Below are positions 40,232-50,531 of a DNA stretch of 64,000 bases, piece after piece. Origin of the DNA: Candidatus Micrarchaeota archaeon (GTDB lineage: Archaea; Micrarchaeota; Micrarchaeia; Micrarchaeales; Micrarchaeaceae); contig JAJYTZ010000001.1 of the NCBI GenBank assembly GCA_021792775.1, forward strand, positions 4,965 to 68,964. The letters run 5' to 3'. Position 1 is the first letter of the stretch. Every line of letters starts with the position of its first letter. The position numbers were made by a program, and so were the translations under genes. Under the pieces are notes generated by a model. The model was not told the origin of the DNA, made no database searches, and worked only from the letters and a program-made list of their open reading frames with translations.

Positions 40232-40744
40232 ATGAATATGAAGTTCAGAGGAAAGACACCTGCCATCAGTAGCGCGGTCCTCATAGACGAGAGTGCTGTG
40301 ATTATAGGGAACGTTAGGGTAGGGAGCGGCTCGAGCATATGGCCTGGGGCTGTGCTAAGGGGCGATATGAACTACGTGAGGGTAGGAAAGAATGTTAGCG
40401 TGCAGGACAATGCTGTGCTGCACGGAACGGCAGACAAGTTTCCGACAATAGTGGGGGATAATGTCACGATAGGCCATGGCGCGATTGTGCATGGATGCAG
40501 AATAGGGGACAACTGCCTTATAGGGATGGGAGCGATAATACTGGAAGGCGCAAAGGTGGGGAATTGGTGCATAGTTGCTGCCGGCTGTGTAGTTCCGGAG
40601 GGAATGGTTATACCGAGTAACAGCCTTGCGATTGGAGTACCGGCAAAGATAAGGGGAAGGCTGACAGCAGAGCAGAAAAGAAGGATAACACTTAACTGGA
40701 AGGCTTATGTAAAACTTTCGGAGGAGTATACAAGAATACATTAA
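40232..40744 (+). CDS. Gamma-carbonic anhydrase family (PaaY/CaiE-like)
   Basis: LRGD, VQDNAVLH, IGHGAIVHGC hexapeptide repeats. Confidence 0.92.
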   Translation: MNMKFRGKTPAISSAVLIDESAVIIGNVRVGSGSSIWPGAVLRGDMNYVRVGKNVSVQDNAVLHGTADKFPTIVGDNVTIGHGAIVHGCRIGDNCLIGMGAIILEGAKVGNWCIVAAGCVVPEGMVIPSNSLAIGVPAKIRGRLTAEQKRRITLNWKAYVKLSEEYTRIH

Positions 40745-40759
40745 CCATTTATCTCTTTC

Positions 40760-41521
40760 ATGCCATTCAGAATCATGGGATTGGTTGATTATAATAATGG
40801 GGAGATATTCGATATAAAGCTAAATAGGCCGGAAAAACTGAACGCGATGAACAGGGAGATGCTTGAACTCCTCGTCGATGCCTTTGGAAAAGCCGATGCA
40901 TCCGAAGAGAGCAGGGTTGTATTGCTTTCTGGGACTGGGGGCTCGTTCTGTGCGGGTATAGACCTCGCTTATCTTGCGTCCCTAAAGAGCGAAGAGGATG
41001 CGGGAAGGGCGTTTGATCTTTTCCATAAGCTCAATGATGGGATATGGAAATCGGATAAGATAGTGGTAGTTGCGATAAACGGTTACTGCCTTGGCGGGGG
41101 CAACGAACTTGCGATGGCATGCGACCTCAGAGTGGCAGAAAAAGGGGCAGTGTTTGGACAACCAGAGGTAAGACATGGGATAACTCCAGGGGGAGGAGCA
41201 ACTTATCGTTTGCCGTATCTGATCGGAGGGGCAAGGGCGAGAAGGATGATGCTTAGTGGGAACCAGATAGATGCCGATGAAGCGCTAGATATCGGGTTGA
41301 TAGACGAAGTTGTTGAGAAGGATGATGCGTATGGAGCGGCATATAAATTATGCGAAGAGATTGCGGAGATTCCAGAAGGGGCGGTTGCGCTGACAAAGAG
41401 GGCAGTAAACTCACAGTTCGTTTACGACACTTCGGCGGAGAGGAATGCATTTTTAAAGAGTTTGATGAGTGATTCTGCGAGAAGGAAGATAGCTGCATTT
41501 CTCTCGAAGAGGAAGGTTTGA
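40760..41521 (+). CDS. Enoyl-CoA hydratase/isomerase
   Basis: LNRPEKLNA, FCAGID, GGGNELAMACD, GQPE. Confidence 0.93.
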   Translation: MPFRIMGLVDYNNGEIFDIKLNRPEKLNAMNREMLELLVDAFGKADASEESRVVLLSGTGGSFCAGIDLAYLASLKSEEDAGRAFDLFHKLNDGIWKSDKIVVVAINGYCLGGGNELAMACDLRVAEKGAVFGQPEVRHGITPGGGATYRLPYLIGGARARRMMLSGNQIDADEALDIGLIDEVVEKDDAYGAAYKLCEEIAEIPEGAVALTKRAVNSQFVYDTSAERNAFLKSLMSDSARRKIAAFLSKRKV

Positions 41522-42738
41522 AGGATATGGAAGATGCATACATACTTGAAGCTGTAAGGAGCCCGATAGGCAAGTTTATGGGGGGAATGGCCGCGCTTTC
41601 TGCAATAGATATTGCATCACAGGTTGTGAAAGGGCTTGTATCAAAATTTGGGGATCCGATCTCTCCGGATGGTCTGATATGTGGGAATGTGCTTTCTGCA
41701 GGACTTGGACAGAACCCGGCAAAACAGGTTGTGATGAGCGCGGGATTAAAACCAACGGTACCTGCATTTAGTGTCAATATGGTATGCGCGTCTGGGCTTA
41801 AGGCTGTTGAGATAGCTGCGAATATGGTAAGGACCGGAGACGCAGATATCATCATAGCTGGTGGGATGGAAAGCATGTCGAATTCGCCGAGGATAATAAG
41901 GAGTAGTAGGGGTTTTAGAAAAACGGGAGACATCGGGCTTCCGGAATTCTGCAAATACTCTTCTGGAAGAGATGAGGATTACAAGCTCATAGATGAGATG
42001 GTTTATGATGGGCTTTGGGACTGTTATTCAGACATGCATATGGGAGGGCTGGCTGAGAAAATAGGAAGAAGGTACGGTATCTCAAGAGAGGAGCAGGATA
42101 GATTCGCATTGGAGAGCCACCATAAGGCAAAGAGCGCAAGAAGCGATGGCAGATTCGGAGGAGAGATTGTGGGAATAAAAGCAGGCGAGGATTTAATTTC
42201 TGAGGATGAAGGAATCAGGAATGATACCTCGATGGAGAAGCTCGGAGAGCTTAAACCTGCATTCGGAGACTGGACGATAACAGCTGGTAACTCATCGCAA
42301 TTGAGCGATGGTGCTGCGTTCGTAGTAGTTGCTTCGAAGAGGAAGGCTGATGAGATGGGAATAAGACCAATGGCTAAGGTGGTGTCCTTTGCTGATAGCG
42401 GCATAGAGCCTGAATGGTACGGGCTTGCTCCAATAGACTCGGTAAGGAAGGTATTGGAAAAGAGAGGCCTGGATTTGAATGGAATCGATCTGATAGAGAT
42501 AAACGAGGCGTTTGCGGTGCAAACTATCGCTGTTGCAAGGGAGTTAGGTATAGATTACTCAAGACTTAATGTGAATGGAGGCGCGATTGCGCTTGGACAC
42601 CCAATAGGTGCTTCCGGAGCGCGGATATTGACTACGCTCGTGCATGCGATGAGAAGAGGAAAAAGGAGGTATGGGTTGGCTTCTCTTTGCCACGGAGGCG
42701 GAGGATCCGCGTCTATGGTATTAAGCTTGGTGGAATAA
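41518..42738 (+). CDS. Acetyl-CoA acyltransferase (thiolase)
   Basis: VCASG, NEAF, GHPIGASG, CHGGG. Confidence 0.95.
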   Translation: MKDMEDAYILEAVRSPIGKFMGGMAALSAIDIASQVVKGLVSKFGDPISPDGLICGNVLSAGLGQNPAKQVVMSAGLKPTVPAFSVNMVCASGLKAVEIAANMVRTGDADIIIAGGMESMSNSPRIIRSSRGFRKTGDIGLPEFCKYSSGRDEDYKLIDEMVYDGLWDCYSDMHMGGLAEKIGRRYGISREEQDRFALESHHKAKSARSDGRFGGEIVGIKAGEDLISEDEGIRNDTSMEKLGELKPAFGDWTITAGNSSQLSDGAAFVVVASKRKADEMGIRPMAKVVSFADSGIEPEWYGLAPIDSVRKVLEKRGLDLNGIDLIEINEAFAVQTIAVARELGIDYSRLNVNGGAIALGHPIGASGARILTTLVHAMRRGKRRYGLASLCHGGGGSASMVLSLVE

Positions 42739-43604
42739 TGAAAAAGAAGGTATCTGTGATGGGCACCGGAACCATGGGAACTGGAATAGTCCATATGTTG
42801 GTAGTGTCTGATTACGAGGTTGTGTGGTTGGCCCACAGCAGCGGTTCTGTGGCGGGCGCGGTGGAAGGAATAAGGAAGAGTCTTGATAAGGCGCTGGGAA
42901 AGAAGGTCATCAGCAGAGACGATGCATCTATGGCGATGGGAAGAGTCTCTGCAACAACCGATTACAGAGAGATGGAGGGCTCAGAAGCGATAATTGAGGC
43001 GGTCACGGAATCAGAAGCAATGAAGATGGAGGTGCTGAAGAATGCAGACAGATACAGAGGCTCGGCGATAATAGCGACAAACACCTCATCCATATCTATA
43101 ACGAGGCTGGCTGCTGCGATTCTGGACAAGGAGGCATTCCTAGGCATGCATTTCTTCAACCCGGTACCTGTAATGAAACCGATTGAAATGATAGTAACTG
43201 AATACACTTCTGGAGAGACGGAGAGAAGGGCGTTAGGAATTGCGGACGCGTGTGGAAAGACTGTGATAAAGGTAAAGGACTATCCGGGTTTTGTGGCGAA
43301 CAACATCCTCATGCAGATGCTCAACGAGGCTGTTGTACTGCTTGAGAAGGGAGTAGCTGAGAAGGAAGGGATAGACAAGATAGTAAGGCTTGGATTGAAC
43401 CATCCGATGGGACCGCTTGAGCTGGCGGACTTCATAGGATTGGATGTATGCAAGGATATATCGGATTCGATATATAGGGCTACAAAGGATGAGAGGTTTA
43501 AGACGCCTGAGCTGATAAATCGGTTGGTAGAGTCGGGAAAGCTGGGGAGAAAGTCTGGAGAGGGTTTTTACTCATACAGGCAAAGAGATACGTATGATGT
43601 TTAG
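42738..43604 (+). CDS. 3-hydroxyacyl-CoA dehydrogenase
   Basis: GTGTMG, EAV.E, TNTSS, GMHFFNP, HPMGPLEL.D.IGLD. Confidence 0.95.
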   Translation: MKKKVSVMGTGTMGTGIVHMLVVSDYEVVWLAHSSGSVAGAVEGIRKSLDKALGKKVISRDDASMAMGRVSATTDYREMEGSEAIIEAVTESEAMKMEVLKNADRYRGSAIIATNTSSISITRLAAAILDKEAFLGMHFFNPVPVMKPIEMIVTEYTSGETERRALGIADACGKTVIKVKDYPGFVANNILMQMLNEAVVLLEKGVAEKEGIDKIVRLGLNHPMGPLELADFIGLDVCKDISDSIYRATKDERFKTPELINRLVESGKLGRKSGEGFYSYRQRDTYDV

Positions 43605-46600
43605 GAGGGTGTGTGAAGTACCGATATCTTTACCACAGAGCCCTCAAAATTTATCTCCTTGTGATCATCTCCTATCAGTTTCTCCTTTATTGATATGGCA
43701 TTCAGGTCTTTCTTCAGCTTCTTTGCGTTCTTCGCTATTACCACCGATATATCTTCTGAAGACCCATATCCTATCTTTATCTTGTCGGGACGCTTCAAGC
43801 CTAGCTTTTTTCTTGATAGCTGTACCTCGCGTTCGATCTCTCTTATCAGGGCTTCCTCCTTCAGCTCTGGTGTGATTTCCTTGTTGACTGCCGCAGTGCC
43901 ATATTTGAATATTACAGCGTCTCCGGCCTCTGTGCCTTGCACTACTGTGAAGTGTTCGGCCGTTATCCTTACTTCGCCAACTTCTGTCTTAAGCAGGAAA
44001 TAGCCGCTGCTTTCTACCCCTTTTCTCAGCTCTGTGGCGTCAGTTCCTTTCAGTGCGGATGCCACAGCTCCTGCCTTATCCTTGAAGTCAGGACCTATTT
44101 TCCCGAATGCCGGTTTTACTTCCTCATTAACTCCAGATCTCTTCTTTATGATCAGTCCTTTCGAATTTGTCGAGCTCTCTATTATTTCGGCAAACCTACC
44201 TATTGCAGAGTACGCAGAGTCATCTGTTATTTCCAATGTAGCATCTGAAACCGGCCATTTTAATGGTATTCTGCTCTTTTCGCGGCAGTTAAGGATTGCA
44301 GTTATCGCCTCTTGTACGTATAGGAAATCCTCTTCCAGGGACTTGTCTATAAGGCGGCTATCTGGCTTTGGCCATTCTTCTAGGAATATGCTCTCTTTGA
44401 ATTTGTAATGATCGAGATATATCTTCTCAGGGGCAAATGGTGCGATAGGAGACATCATGATTAGGCAGTTAAAGAATATGTGGTTGATAAGGTCTATTAC
44501 GGATTTTGCCTGCCTCGTGCTCCCTGTCAGTATCTTTCTCTTCGCAATCTTTAGGTAAAACCTGCTAAGGTCTTCTATTACGAAATCCATTATTGCCTTC
44601 GTAGCATAGTATGGTTCATATCCATCTAGAGATTCTGTAATCTTTTTCTTTGTGGATTCGAATCTAGAGGCGATCCACATCTCTTCTTTCTCCAGTTTTC
44701 TTGAGATTCTTTTTAATTTGGGCTTGTAGTCGGTAGCGTCTGAATAATCTTTGATTAGATTTGAGATATTGTACAGCATTATCACGAATTTATCGCGGTC
44801 TTTTATGTCATCGTAGTCGAGCTCTCTGTTGCGTATGGGATCGTGTCCTATCGCCCATATCCTATATGCATCAGCAGTTGCGAAGTCAACCAGTTCTCCG
44901 AGCGGTTTGAAGTTACCGAAGCTCTTGCTCATCTTCCTCCCGTCAGAGCCCCAAAGTATTCCATGTACTATTATATGTTTCCAGGGATTCTTCCCGTATA
45001 CAAAAATCCCGACTTTCAATATGTATTGGAACCATGCTCTTATCTGTTCAATGTACTCAACAGCGAATTCTACAGGGAAAACGCGTTCGAACTGGTCCTT
45101 TGTGAGGCTCGCCCTAAATGCGCTTCCAGAGTCCCACCATACGTCCATAACATCAAGAACCCTTAAACTTTCGCCTCCGCACGCCGTGCACTTGAGTACC
45201 ACCTTATCTATGTAAGGCCTGTGCAGATCGGTTATAGACCGTACGTATTCCGGGTTTGATGAGGATTCTTCAAGCTCGCTTTTTGAACCTATGACAGTTA
45301 TAGTCCCGCATTCTTTACATACCCATATCGGCATGGGAATCGCCCAGTACCTTTGGCGGGAGATGCACCAGTCTGGAGAGTTTGTCAGGATGTCATTCTC
45401 CCAGGATCGCGCCTCTTCTGGATGCCACCTTATCTTTCTGTTCTCTCTTAGTAGCTTTGGTTTGATCTTCTGGACGTTCAGGAACCATTGCGGGGAGGCG
45501 ATGAAGATAACCTTAGAATGGCATCTCCAGCAATGCGGGTAGCTGTGCATAAGGGTTCCGTTTTTGAGAAGAACGCCGAGTCTCTCCAGATCTTCAAGTA
45601 CAGCTTTATTTGCCTCGTCTGGCACACGTATGCCTTTGTACTTTCCTGCATCTTCGTTGTAGGAGGCATTAGGAGAGATTGGGGAGAATATCGGAAGTTT
45701 CAATGAGAGACCCAAAGAGTAGTCCTCAAGACCATGGCCTGGCGCTACGTGAAGCAGCCCGGTGCCTTCAGCAACCGATACAAACTGTGCTCCGGAGACT
45801 ACCTTGTGGTAACGTCTTAGCTCCTTTTGTTTTGGAACGTCGTCTTCCAGGGCATTGACGTAGTAGATGCCAAGGATATCGCTTCCTCTGAACTCCTGCG
45901 TTACTATCGCGCTCTCCCCTAGGGCTTCTAACACAGAATCCAGCCTCGCCTTGGCAACAATATAGTCCTTGCCCTGTATCCTTGCACTAACATAAGGCTC
46001 ATTTTGATTTACTGCTATAGCTACATTTGCGGGCAAGGTCCAGGGGGTGGTCGTCCATACCAACAGATATGTTCCTTTTGTCAGTTTTATGCCAGATTTG
46101 TTAGATTTAGATGTATCTACCATGAAAGCAACAAATATAGAAGGGTCGCGTTCCTCTGAGTGTTCTATCTCCATAGTCCCTTGTGATACGACGCATTCAC
46201 AGTGAGGGCAATAACCCGTAGTCTTGCTCCCTTTATATAGGAATCCGCGCTCATGTGCAGTCTTTAGCATAGACCATGCAGTCTCGATGTAAGAGTTGGA
46301 ATGTGGAAGATAAGGATCGCTGAAATCGAGTGATATTCCGAAGCGTTCGTAGTCGTTTGTCATCCTGCCGATATAGTACTCTATGTATGTCCTGCACTCC
46401 TTGATGAAGTTCTCGATGCCGATCCGGTCCTCTATCTCTTTTTTGTGAGTTATCTTGAGTTTTTTCTCTACAGCGTTCTCTGTTGGAAGGCCATGTACAT
46501 CATAACCGGCGCGGTCTACAACATCAAAACCGCGGTACCTTTTATATCGTACAAAGAGATCCTTCAGTCCCTTGACCCAGATGTGGCCTGGATGAAGATC

Positions 46601-46738
46601 CCCTGTCACGTATGGAGGTCCATCAAGGAAGTATAACTGCTTTCCTATGCCCTTATTCTTGGCCTTTACCTTCTGGTTGATATCGTTATGCTTCCAGTAT
46701 TCGTAGATGTACTTCTCATTTGAATTTATGTCTAACAT
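43601..46738 (-). CDS. ileS: Isoleucine-tRNA ligase
   Basis: DGPPY, HPGH, WTTTPWTLP, WCISRQRYW, KMSKS. Confidence 0.96.
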   Translation of the reverse strand: MLDINSNEKYIYEYWKHNDINQKVKAKNKGIGKQLYFLDGPPYVTGDLHPGHIWVKGLKDLFVRYKRYRGFDVVDRAGYDVHGLPTENAVEKKLKITHKKEIEDRIGIENFIKECRTYIEYYIGRMTNDYERFGISLDFSDPYLPHSNSYIETAWSMLKTAHERGFLYKGSKTTGYCPHCECVVSQGTMEIEHSEERDPSIFVAFMVDTSKSNKSGIKLTKGTYLLVWTTTPWTLPANVAIAVNQNEPYVSARIQGKDYIVAKARLDSVLEALGESAIVTQEFRGSDILGIYYVNALEDDVPKQKELRRYHKVVSGAQFVSVAEGTGLLHVAPGHGLEDYSLGLSLKLPIFSPISPNASYNEDAGKYKGIRVPDEANKAVLEDLERLGVLLKNGTLMHSYPHCWRCHSKVIFIASPQWFLNVQKIKPKLLRENRKIRWHPEEARSWENDILTNSPDWCISRQRYWAIPMPIWVCKECGTITVIGSKSELEESSSNPEYVRSITDLHRPYIDKVVLKCTACGGESLRVLDVMDVWWDSGSAFRASLTKDQFERVFPVEFAVEYIEQIRAWFQYILKVGIFVYGKNPWKHIIVHGILWGSDGRKMSKSFGNFKPLGELVDFATADAYRIWAIGHDPIRNRELDYDDIKDRDKFVIMLYNISNLIKDYSDATDYKPKLKRISRKLEKEEMWIASRFESTKKKITESLDGYEPYYATKAIMDFVIEDLSRFYLKIAKRKILTGSTRQAKSVIDLINHIFFNCLIMMSPIAPFAPEKIYLDHYKFKESIFLEEWPKPDSRLIDKSLEEDFLYVQEAITAILNCREKSRIPLKWPVSDATLEITDDSAYSAIGRFAEIIESSTNSKGLIIKKRSGVNEEVKPAFGKIGPDFKDKAGAVASALKGTDATELRKGVESSGYFLLKTEVGEVRITAEHFTVVQGTEAGDAVIFKYGTAAVNKEITPELKEEALIREIEREVQLSRKKLGLKRPDKIKIGYGSSEDISVVIAKNAKKLKKDLNAISIKEKLIGDDHKEINFEGSVVKISVLHTPS

Positions 46739-46919
46739 CGTATCAGATAAACAGGTGTTTGTAGATAGTACTCCAAACATAAAAATTAATATGTTCTGTT
46801 TATAGAAACAAGAGGATGGAATCTGCTGCTTTCAAAGTACGCAACCGCACAGTAGCTCGGTTAAGGCCCACTAACATCAATGAATAAATGATTAAAATGT
46901 ATGTTTCAGATCATAATAT

Positions 46920-48503
46920 ATGAACCGCGAACGAAATGACACGCTGCCTATGCCGAATGGCAGGTCCGTAGAGATCAATGAAAAGTTCAGGGCTGCGCTA
47001 GATGTGCTGGAAAACACCAACAAGAATATTTTCATAACGGGACGCGCAGGAACCGGAAAATCTACATTGCTCGAATACTTCCGCCTGACCACAAAAAAGA
47101 ATGTGGCTGTGCTTGCGCCTACAGGAGTTGCTGCGCTCAACGTAAAAGGCCAGACAATACACTCTTTCTTCGGCTTCAGGCCAGACGTAACGCAATTTAC
47201 GGTAAGGAAGAAGCGCGGATCTAGCCTTTACCGGAGTTTGGATATGATAATAATAGATGAAATATCGATGGTAAGGGCTGACCTTCTTGACTGCATAGAC
47301 AAATTTATGAGGTTAAACGGGAAGGACAGCTCGCTACCTTTCGGGGGAGTCCAGATGGCATTCGTAGGGGATTTATACCAGCTCTCTCCGATAGTAACAT
47401 ATAGAGAAAAGAAAATGTTTAAGGAGTACTACGCAAGCGAGTACTTCTTTGATGCTAATGCGTTCAATGACCTTGATGCTGAATTTGTTGAACTTGATAA
47501 GTGCTACAGGCAAGATGATGCGCATTTTATAGAACTGCTTAATGCTGTAAGAAACAATACTGCCACAGAGGTGCATCTTAAAGAGCTTAACAAGAGATTT
47601 GATCCGTCTTTCAGCCCAATGGTTTCTGATGGCTACATAACCCTTGTCCCGATAAACAGGCTTGCGGACGAGATAAACAATGCAAACCTCGCAAAGCTCA
47701 AGACAGAAACCTTTGCATACAAAGCCAGATTTAAAGGCGATTTTGACATAAAGTCCCTTCCGGCCGAAGAAAGACTTTACGTAAAAGTAGGATCGCAGGT
47801 AATGCTTCTGAATAATGACAAGGACAGAAGATGGGTTAACGGAAGTGTTGGTTATATTGCTGCCATAAACCAGGAAGATGGGGCGGCAGATGTGATAATA
47901 GTAAGGTTTGCTGATGGTTCTACTGCAGAGGTAACTCCGCATACATGGGAACTTTTCAGATTTTCGTATGATGCTGGCTCTCGCAGACTCATTCCAGAGG
48001 TTATCGGTAGCTTTACCCAATATCCAATGATGTTGGCATGGGCAGTTACAATACACAAAAGCCAGGGGAAGACATTCGATAAGATGATTGTAGACGTAGG
48101 CAGCGGCACGTTTGCAAACGGCCAGCTGTATGTGGCTCTGAGCAGATGTGTAAGCCTTGAGGGCATAATTCTGAAGAAACGCTTGGAGAAGAGGCACATA
48201 TTTACAGACTGGCGTGTAGTGAGATTTATAACTAGATATCAGTATGGCAAATCAGAGAAAAAGATGCCGTTGCGCGAAAAGAAAAAACTTATAGAACAGG
48301 CAATAAAGTCAGGAAAGAGTATTGAGATTCTGTACCTTAAAGCTAATGATGAAAAGTCTAGAAGGATAGTGAAGCCATCCAAGATAGGGAGGTTTGACTA
48401 TATGGGAATGAGCTATTCCGGCATGTCGGGATTTGACTCTAAAAGAAAGGAAGAGAGAAACTTTAGAATAGAGAGGATTCTCGAAATCAAGACCATAGAA
48501 TAG
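46920..48503 (+). CDS. Pif1-family helicase with C-terminal WYL-like domain
   Basis: GRAGTGKS, DEISM, GDLYQL, LAWAVTIHKSQG, YVALSR; tail I..AI...IEI.Y...R.V.P...R.FRIERI. Confidence 0.88.
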   Translation: MNRERNDTLPMPNGRSVEINEKFRAALDVLENTNKNIFITGRAGTGKSTLLEYFRLTTKKNVAVLAPTGVAALNVKGQTIHSFFGFRPDVTQFTVRKKRGSSLYRSLDMIIIDEISMVRADLLDCIDKFMRLNGKDSSLPFGGVQMAFVGDLYQLSPIVTYREKKMFKEYYASEYFFDANAFNDLDAEFVELDKCYRQDDAHFIELLNAVRNNTATEVHLKELNKRFDPSFSPMVSDGYITLVPINRLADEINNANLAKLKTETFAYKARFKGDFDIKSLPAEERLYVKVGSQVMLLNNDKDRRWVNGSVGYIAAINQEDGAADVIIVRFADGSTAEVTPHTWELFRFSYDAGSRRLIPEVIGSFTQYPMMLAWAVTIHKSQGKTFDKMIVDVGSGTFANGQLYVALSRCVSLEGIILKKRLEKRHIFTDWRVVRFITRYQYGKSEKKMPLREKKKLIEQAIKSGKSIEILYLKANDEKSRRIVKPSKIGRFDYMGMSYSGMSGFDSKRKEERNFRIERILEIKTIE

Positions 48504-48510
48504 TCCCATA

Positions 48511-48530
48511 CGGAGAGGGGTGGATTTGAA
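48511..48530 (-). repeat. tRNA-Ser-like 3' fragment (att-like)
   Basis: Minus strand TTCAAAT-CCACC-CCTCTCC-G = T-loop, T-stem, acceptor 3' strand, discriminator. Confidence 0.55.
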
Positions 48531-48551
48531 GACGCGAAATCTGTGCATTCG

Positions 48552-48649
48552 CGCACATATTATGGCGCATTTAGAGATATAAACAGATACGGTGTGAATA
48601 CCGGCTATGGCCATACCATGTATTTTCGATTAACCTTTCCGAAAAGGTT
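48552..48649 (+). repeat. ~100-bp imperfect direct repeat, copy 1
   Basis: Aligns with 53159-53258 (gcgcatttag..atataaacagatacggtg...ttttcgattaacctttcc.aaaaggtt). Confidence 0.9.
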
Positions 48650-48668
48650 TAGCCACATGCCATTTACA

Positions 48669-49517
48669 TTATTTCTTAATAAGTTTTGGTATTAGCTTAG
48701 CTGCAAGTTTCAGGTTGAAAACATACTCTATATGTCCAAAAGCAACTTCTCTGGCTTCTTTACCTGTTTTCCATGCTGCCCCATCAGTAATCCAAATGAA
48801 TTTCATCCCACTCTTCTTCGCATCTCTTTGTAGATTGATATAACTCTGAGCAGTTTCGAGTGGCTTACTCCCTAATCCGTTGAAAAAATTAGCTTCGATA
48901 TAAGCAAATATTTTACCTTTTTTATATATTATTATATCGGATGTTTTATCTCTATCTCCAAACTTATTCTTTCCGCTCGCCTTCCTCGCATCTATTCCCG
49001 ATTTCTGCAAAGCTTTCAATGTTAGTTCTTCAAAGATCTTACCAGAACGATTCTTCCTTGCGTTAGTATCAGATCCTACTTCTACTCCAAGTAGATAGGT
49101 ATATAGATCCTTAATTGTGCCTAATGCTTCAACTATCTTTGTCTTTTTACAAAAATCTAATATATCGTTTATAGATCCTTCACTGAAGTTTATATTTGTA
49201 TAAGATATTCCACCATCTTTATCTATTAGAAGCAGATTAAATTTACTTTCTCTCGTTGCAACAAGAAACGGAATTATTAAACGTGTTTTTGGGTATTTCC
49301 TTAGTATTCGTTCTAAATGGGCAGTCCTTTTACTTTTGTCCTTTATAACTACTAAACCATTCAGCAATGATATTTCGTCCAAGTGCTTTTCTAAGTTTGA
49401 ATATACTTTATCCCAATTGACAAAAAATTCGGGTGTCCGATTAGTTTCTAGCAATGTATTATAGAACTCCTTGAAATAGTCTTCTTTAGATTTGTAACCA
49501 AATTCCTTATAGTTCAT
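48669..49517 (-). CDS. DpnII/MboI-like type II restriction endonuclease
   Basis: FVNWDKV, GVEVG.D.NARKNRSG, E.NF....GSK, FIWITDG. Confidence 0.9.
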   Translation of the reverse strand: MNYKEFGYKSKEDYFKEFYNTLLETNRTPEFFVNWDKVYSNLEKHLDEISLLNGLVVIKDKSKRTAHLERILRKYPKTRLIIPFLVATRESKFNLLLIDKDGGISYTNINFSEGSINDILDFCKKTKIVEALGTIKDLYTYLLGVEVGSDTNARKNRSGKIFEELTLKALQKSGIDARKASGKNKFGDRDKTSDIIIYKKGKIFAYIEANFFNGLGSKPLETAQSYINLQRDAKKSGMKFIWITDGAAWKTGKEAREVAFGHIEYVFNLKLAAKLIPKLIKK

Positions 49518-49526
49518 AAATATTAC

Positions 49527-50396
49527 CTATTGCTTAATCTCACTAACAACCTGCTTTTGTACTCTGAATAGAGGCACCTGTTTGTTCTTCCAACTTCTTA
49601 CTATTAATTCTGCTATCTTGCCTCTTCCATTTCCTTTTGAATTTATTGCCCTATTGGCATAAACTTCTTCTATGTTAAAGTTAGAATATAGTTCACTTAT
49701 TAGTTTGGTTTTTGAATTGCTTAGCATTACATGGCATCTCCTATTTACAAGCGTTTTGAATGTTTCCGCCAGTCTGATCTGATCATTCTCACCAAAGCTC
49801 TTGTTCGTATATCCAGTAAAATTAGATGTTCTGGATAGTGGTTGGTACGGTGGGTCAAAGTATATTAGGTCATCTTTCCTTGCATGTTTTAGTACTTCGG
49901 TGAAGTCACTAGCAAAAAGTTCTGCTTTTTGTAATGCTTTATTATCCATAATTAACGTTTCTTGATCAAACAGTTTCATTTTATTGTATTTTCCAAAAGG
50001 TGTATTGAATTTGCCCTTAGAATTAACTCTATAAAGTCCATTATATGCTGTTTTATTTAAGTAAATGAATCTAGCTGCTTTATTAATAGCCTCTTCAACT
50101 TCTAAACTTCTTATATCATAGTATGCTTCTTTTTCATTTTTATATACTGGTTTCTTAAGTTCGACAATAAGCTCGGTCACATTAGATTTGATAACATTGT
50201 ATGTATTTATGAGGTCTGAATTATAATCATATAGATATGCTCTACTTACCAAATTTCTATTATGCAATTCAAAGAAAAGTGATCCCCCACCTAAAAACGG
50301 TTCATGATAGTCTTTGAATTTTACCAATGATCCCGTTAGATGTTTAAGTATCTGCCTTTTTCCTCCGGCCCACTTGATAAACGGCCTTGCACGCAT
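49527..50396 (-). CDS. Dam/DpnM-family DNA adenine methyltransferase
   Basis: KWAGGK, EPFLGGGS, NGLYRVN..G.FN.PFG, DPPY. Confidence 0.95.
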   Translation of the reverse strand: MRARPFIKWAGGKRQILKHLTGSLVKFKDYHEPFLGGGSLFFELHNRNLVSRAYLYDYNSDLINTYNVIKSNVTELIVELKKPVYKNEKEAYYDIRSLEVEEAINKAARFIYLNKTAYNGLYRVNSKGKFNTPFGKYNKMKLFDQETLIMDNKALQKAELFASDFTEVLKHARKDDLIYFDPPYQPLSRTSNFTGYTNKSFGENDQIRLAETFKTLVNRRCHVMLSNSKTKLISELYSNFNIEEVYANRAINSKGNGRGKIAELIVRSWKNKQVPLFRVQKQVVSEIKQ

Positions 50397-50531
50397 TATT
50401 CACACCTATATTAATTAACGTTACATTAATTTATATCTCTTTTCTCGTAATTGCTCAATAAGTTGAGGGAGATTGATGTGTGTGTCGCACAATTAACTCT
50501 GATAGGCGCGAAATACCACACTGTTTCGGCA

